Of a DNA stretch of 20,000 bases, positions 18,701 through 20,000 are shown one piece after another; the first letter of the stretch is position 1, and each line of letters starts with the position of its first letter. The notes beneath the pieces were generated by a model. That model was not told where the DNA came from. It worked only from the letters and a program-made list of their open reading frames with translations, and did not search any database. Source of the stretch: an uncultured virus (IMG/VR IMGVR_UViG_3300021446_000040) (lineage: Duplodnaviria; Heunggongvirae; Uroviricota; Caudoviricetes); the IMG/VR virus record IMGVR_UViG_3300021446_000040; one strand, written 5' to 3'. A program made the translations under genes and the position numbers.

Positions 18701-19280
18701 CGTCGTCTGTCATGCACGCGATACCGTACCCTAAGTGATCGAAGGCCGCGTTATACGACCTGTTATTGATAGCGCGGCATTTCTTGCCGCGAAACATGAT
18801 ATTTCCATAGGTAAAGCCCGAAACGTCACATTCGTAGACGGTCGTCCGGGGGCTTTCGGACATAAGCCCAACTAAGATATGGCGTTCGCGGTAATCGCCG
18901 GTTCCGTTCGTATAATCGTCGTCTACGATCGTACCGTCGGCGTGCGGCCCGCGAAGGTTGATACCGACACAAACCTGGCTGTCGTTGCTGATAAAGTTGA
19001 TTTGCCAGGTTCCCCACCCCCAAGCGTCTTCAGTGTCTTGTACCAGGGTCGCGCCGTCTGAAATCAGGTTGCCCCTGATTTGGTATTCACGGTTTTCAAG
19101 TTCGATACGTGCGTTCGGATCGACGTGGATTTGATCGCCTTCGCTGTGCGCTTCAACGGCGCTTGCAAATTCGCCTTCGGATCGCACAACGTAGTCCGCT
19201 TCGTCGCGGTTGAATCGGGGATTAGGCACTTCCCCGCCAGGAAACAGATAAGAAATTTCTTCCGGGTTAACTTTCGCCAT
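15702..19280 (-). CDS. Large acidic protein with two right-handed parallel beta-helix (pectin-lyase-like) modules and three ~80-aa beta repeats; candidate tail spike/depolymerase (gap 15846-15945)
   Basis: G/N/D/C-rich beta-helix rungs in two blocks (about aa 20-320 and 505-860), P/E-rich linker, three copies of Y.IE....D......G.V...D.F...G; no N-terminal signal peptide. True length uncertain because of the gap. Confidence 0.75.
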   Translation of the reverse strand: MAKVNPEEISYLFPGGEVPNPRFNRDEADYVVRSEGEFASAVEAHSEGDQIHVDPNARIELENREYQIRGNLISDGATLVQDTEDAWGWGTWQINFISNDSQVCVGINLRGPHADGTIVDDDYTNGTGDYRERHILVGLMSESPRTTVYECDVSGFTYGNIMFRGKKCRAINNRSYNAAFDHLGYGIACMTDDGSWADRTVVIGNYTDNCRHHVEHGGRDNCTEIAYHTCGPNAPFSHVLDVHRPGSKKTVWHHITVQGNENNAEGGVNEVFNFRGTPIDYHEVYAVHFDYTGDVPPEPPETSNDGNGSAIMQTNQGLEDRYTWAENRGGDLELDEYKDKDKPYSTEDTDGVKGFDKVHWINRDNAFGPGGRAHVGSGDDSAPEPLWHRVKIGGDDNEGHYRIEADDVRRGAMANTGDKAMQQAATGYVKGGQDTYYIRGQLKMSADDTLDVSVMENGYTSDLIPDTDGALPVENDDSDDESSGGDNSTGINPLTIMNEQYEALADLSNQNVLDVDNGDDITGLLQEASNATDTVTVVPAGEYQTDYLSLEMNDCAIIGEPGETVVLEPNSSRDNAGEYFITINGDTWAFSNFVFDFSQDGYGGRLQAEGETFVVSHIRNRGQYPPESKGFSTDVNSGETGLISQCKISGTEEDGTDTNGILVSSSHEGTVFLRDCEMGRFTNNAVYGSDPGRDYGNDGRVVVEGGKFTNSNVANLRIGSTDSVAREATIVVDERVKTSEGNQSGENSRGIRVRDRHGCLVEDCDVTYREGGSPGNAAIAIHDEAGRATVRNCRVKTAGQLPHLRVEESGMSGDVGVLVEGCHFSGDVDGDDAFDLGRDDLEIRDCVADFETDVDGVEYAPDQVEEPSTEPRDPVSTAPVEEPETPDRPEPEQPDETDPTVPVEPPEVPDDPEGPSEDETRIYVEGDGSTTDQLSYTIEVTGNARLGGLSGNSDNIVFNDGNATIKGQVPGDSDDDFFVTGEIVNIESDPALTIEVGGEEYVQTSRVYLFGNQWVPEDERGDPAGWEAYKVETDAPAQEDRKADDNDEIINPDSQAAIHGVLALNGGDAFIIEGSVTNIIAPPEINVWIDGNDYTGSRELRRPDGISVPGEXXXXXXXXXXXXXXXXXXXXXXXXXXXXXXXXXXPEPPKDAPDLPDVPDEIPQGDPSELTRAELVAGFVTMLNTLDYFNQE

Positions 19281-19322
19281 TACGGGGTTTAGTTCGTTCC
19301 CCGCTGAAAAAGATTCGGCGCG

Positions 19323-20000
19323 TTAACCTTCGCCTTTGTAGAAGTATTCGAACTTGGCAAAGTCGTTGTTAGCCCGGATCGCATACCCGTTCCCGTTAGT
19401 CGAACTTGGCGGGGTAAACGTTTCGTCCTGAAGGGGATTATCCAGGTCCAAGCCGTCGCCCATGATAACGCGACATTCGTCTGTCGCCAAATCCGGCGTG
19501 CGGTAATAGACCCTTACGGCGTATGTTTTGCCTGCCGTATAGGTCTGTACCTTTTGCACCTGGATTGTACCACTTCCGCCGTTGTAGTCCCACAAATTCC
19601 AATATTCGTTATCAGGCCGCATTTCTAATTCGGCCCAATCGGCGGACGATTGATCTTCGTAGGCAAACCTTATGTTACAGCCCATGTTTAGCGAATCAAG
19701 CGTAACGTGGAAAGTACCGATTTCTCCTTCCGCTAACAGGCCGGGCGATTCGCTTGTGTCGGTCTGTACCCATGCTTTCGACGCGGACGTTTGGTTATTC
19801 TTTATCGCGCTTGGCGACTGTGAAACGTCCGGGTTCGTAATGTCCCACCAGTCCACGTTATTGAAGTTTACATAGCCTAAGTCGGCGGTACTGTTAACAT
19901 CCCAATATTGCACCTGTGTCCGCGTTTTCGGCGTCGCGGTTACGCTTGGTTCGGGCGCGGTCGCGTCGCTTGTCTCCCTGTCGATATGATAGGTATAATC
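19323..20000 (-). CDS. C-terminal part of a virion protein with a ConA/LamG-like beta-sandwich; 5' end outside the window
   Basis: Frame stays open from 19913 to 20000 (DYTYHIDRETSDATAPEPSVTATPKTRTQVQYWD...); aromatic-rich beta-strand domain after a T/P linker. Confidence 0.7.
   Translation of the reverse strand, partial: DYTYHIDRETSDATAPEPSVTATPKTRTQVQYWDVNSTADLGYVNFNNVDWWDITNPDVSQSPSAIKNNQTSASKAWVQTDTSESPGLLAEGEIGTFHVTLDSLNMGCNIRFAYEDQSSADWAELEMRPDNEYWNLWDYNGGSGTIQVQKVQTYTAGKTYAVRVYYRTPDLATDECRVIMGDGLDLDNPLQDETFTPPSSTNGNGYAIRANNDFAKFEYFYKGEG

Larger units (their letters stand above)
1..20000. mobile_element. Segment of a haloarchaeal tailed virus (or provirus) genome: tail, lysis and replication modules
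   Basis: Dense co-oriented genes, D/E-rich proteins, archaeal-type PolB and TFB, primase-helicase, solo Cas4-like nuclease, hub/fibre-like genes, TATA-like boxes ~25-30 nt before start codons, no housekeeping genes. Confidence 0.9.

Noticed and set aside
19283..19303. CGGGG-N11-CCCCG hairpin before the large beta-helix gene
   Set aside because: A 5-bp stem is expected by chance in GC-rich DNA.
1..20000. GAG loss explained by codon reassignment or tRNA-driven bias
   Set aside because: Depletion covers both strands and all frames, ORFs read normally with the standard code, and a few in-frame GAG Glu codons exist (e.g. 6944, 19724).
1..20000. tRNA or other structured RNA genes, integrase, IS elements
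   Set aside because: Intergenic spaces are mostly under 60 nt and I saw no cloverleaf, recombinase or transposase motifs; gap contents are unknown.

Overview
A 20-kb segment of a tailed virus (Caudoviricetes-like) of a halophilic archaeon, either a free virus or a provirus; no host genes or att site are visible. The proteins are acidic and almost all genes lie on the minus strand. In transcription order (right to left) come tail/adsorption genes (a partial lectin-like protein, a ~1190-aa double beta-helix protein, a baseplate hub-like protein, fibre-like proteins), then two membrane proteins (one holin-like), then a replication/transcription block. That block holds a prim-pol/SF2-like helicase fusion, a paralogous gene pair, a micro zinc finger, a viral TFB, an OB-fold SSB-like protein, paralogous membrane proteins, a Cas4-like nuclease, a DUF6378-like protein and a family B DNA polymerase that runs off the left edge. 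There are three 100-N assembly gaps. The most striking signal is at DNA level: the trinucleotide GAG/CTC is almost absent on both strands and in all frames (13 found by manual scan, none in the first 5.6 kb), and CTAG and many 6-bp palindromes were also not found. Protein assignments come from motif recognition by eye, not from database searches.
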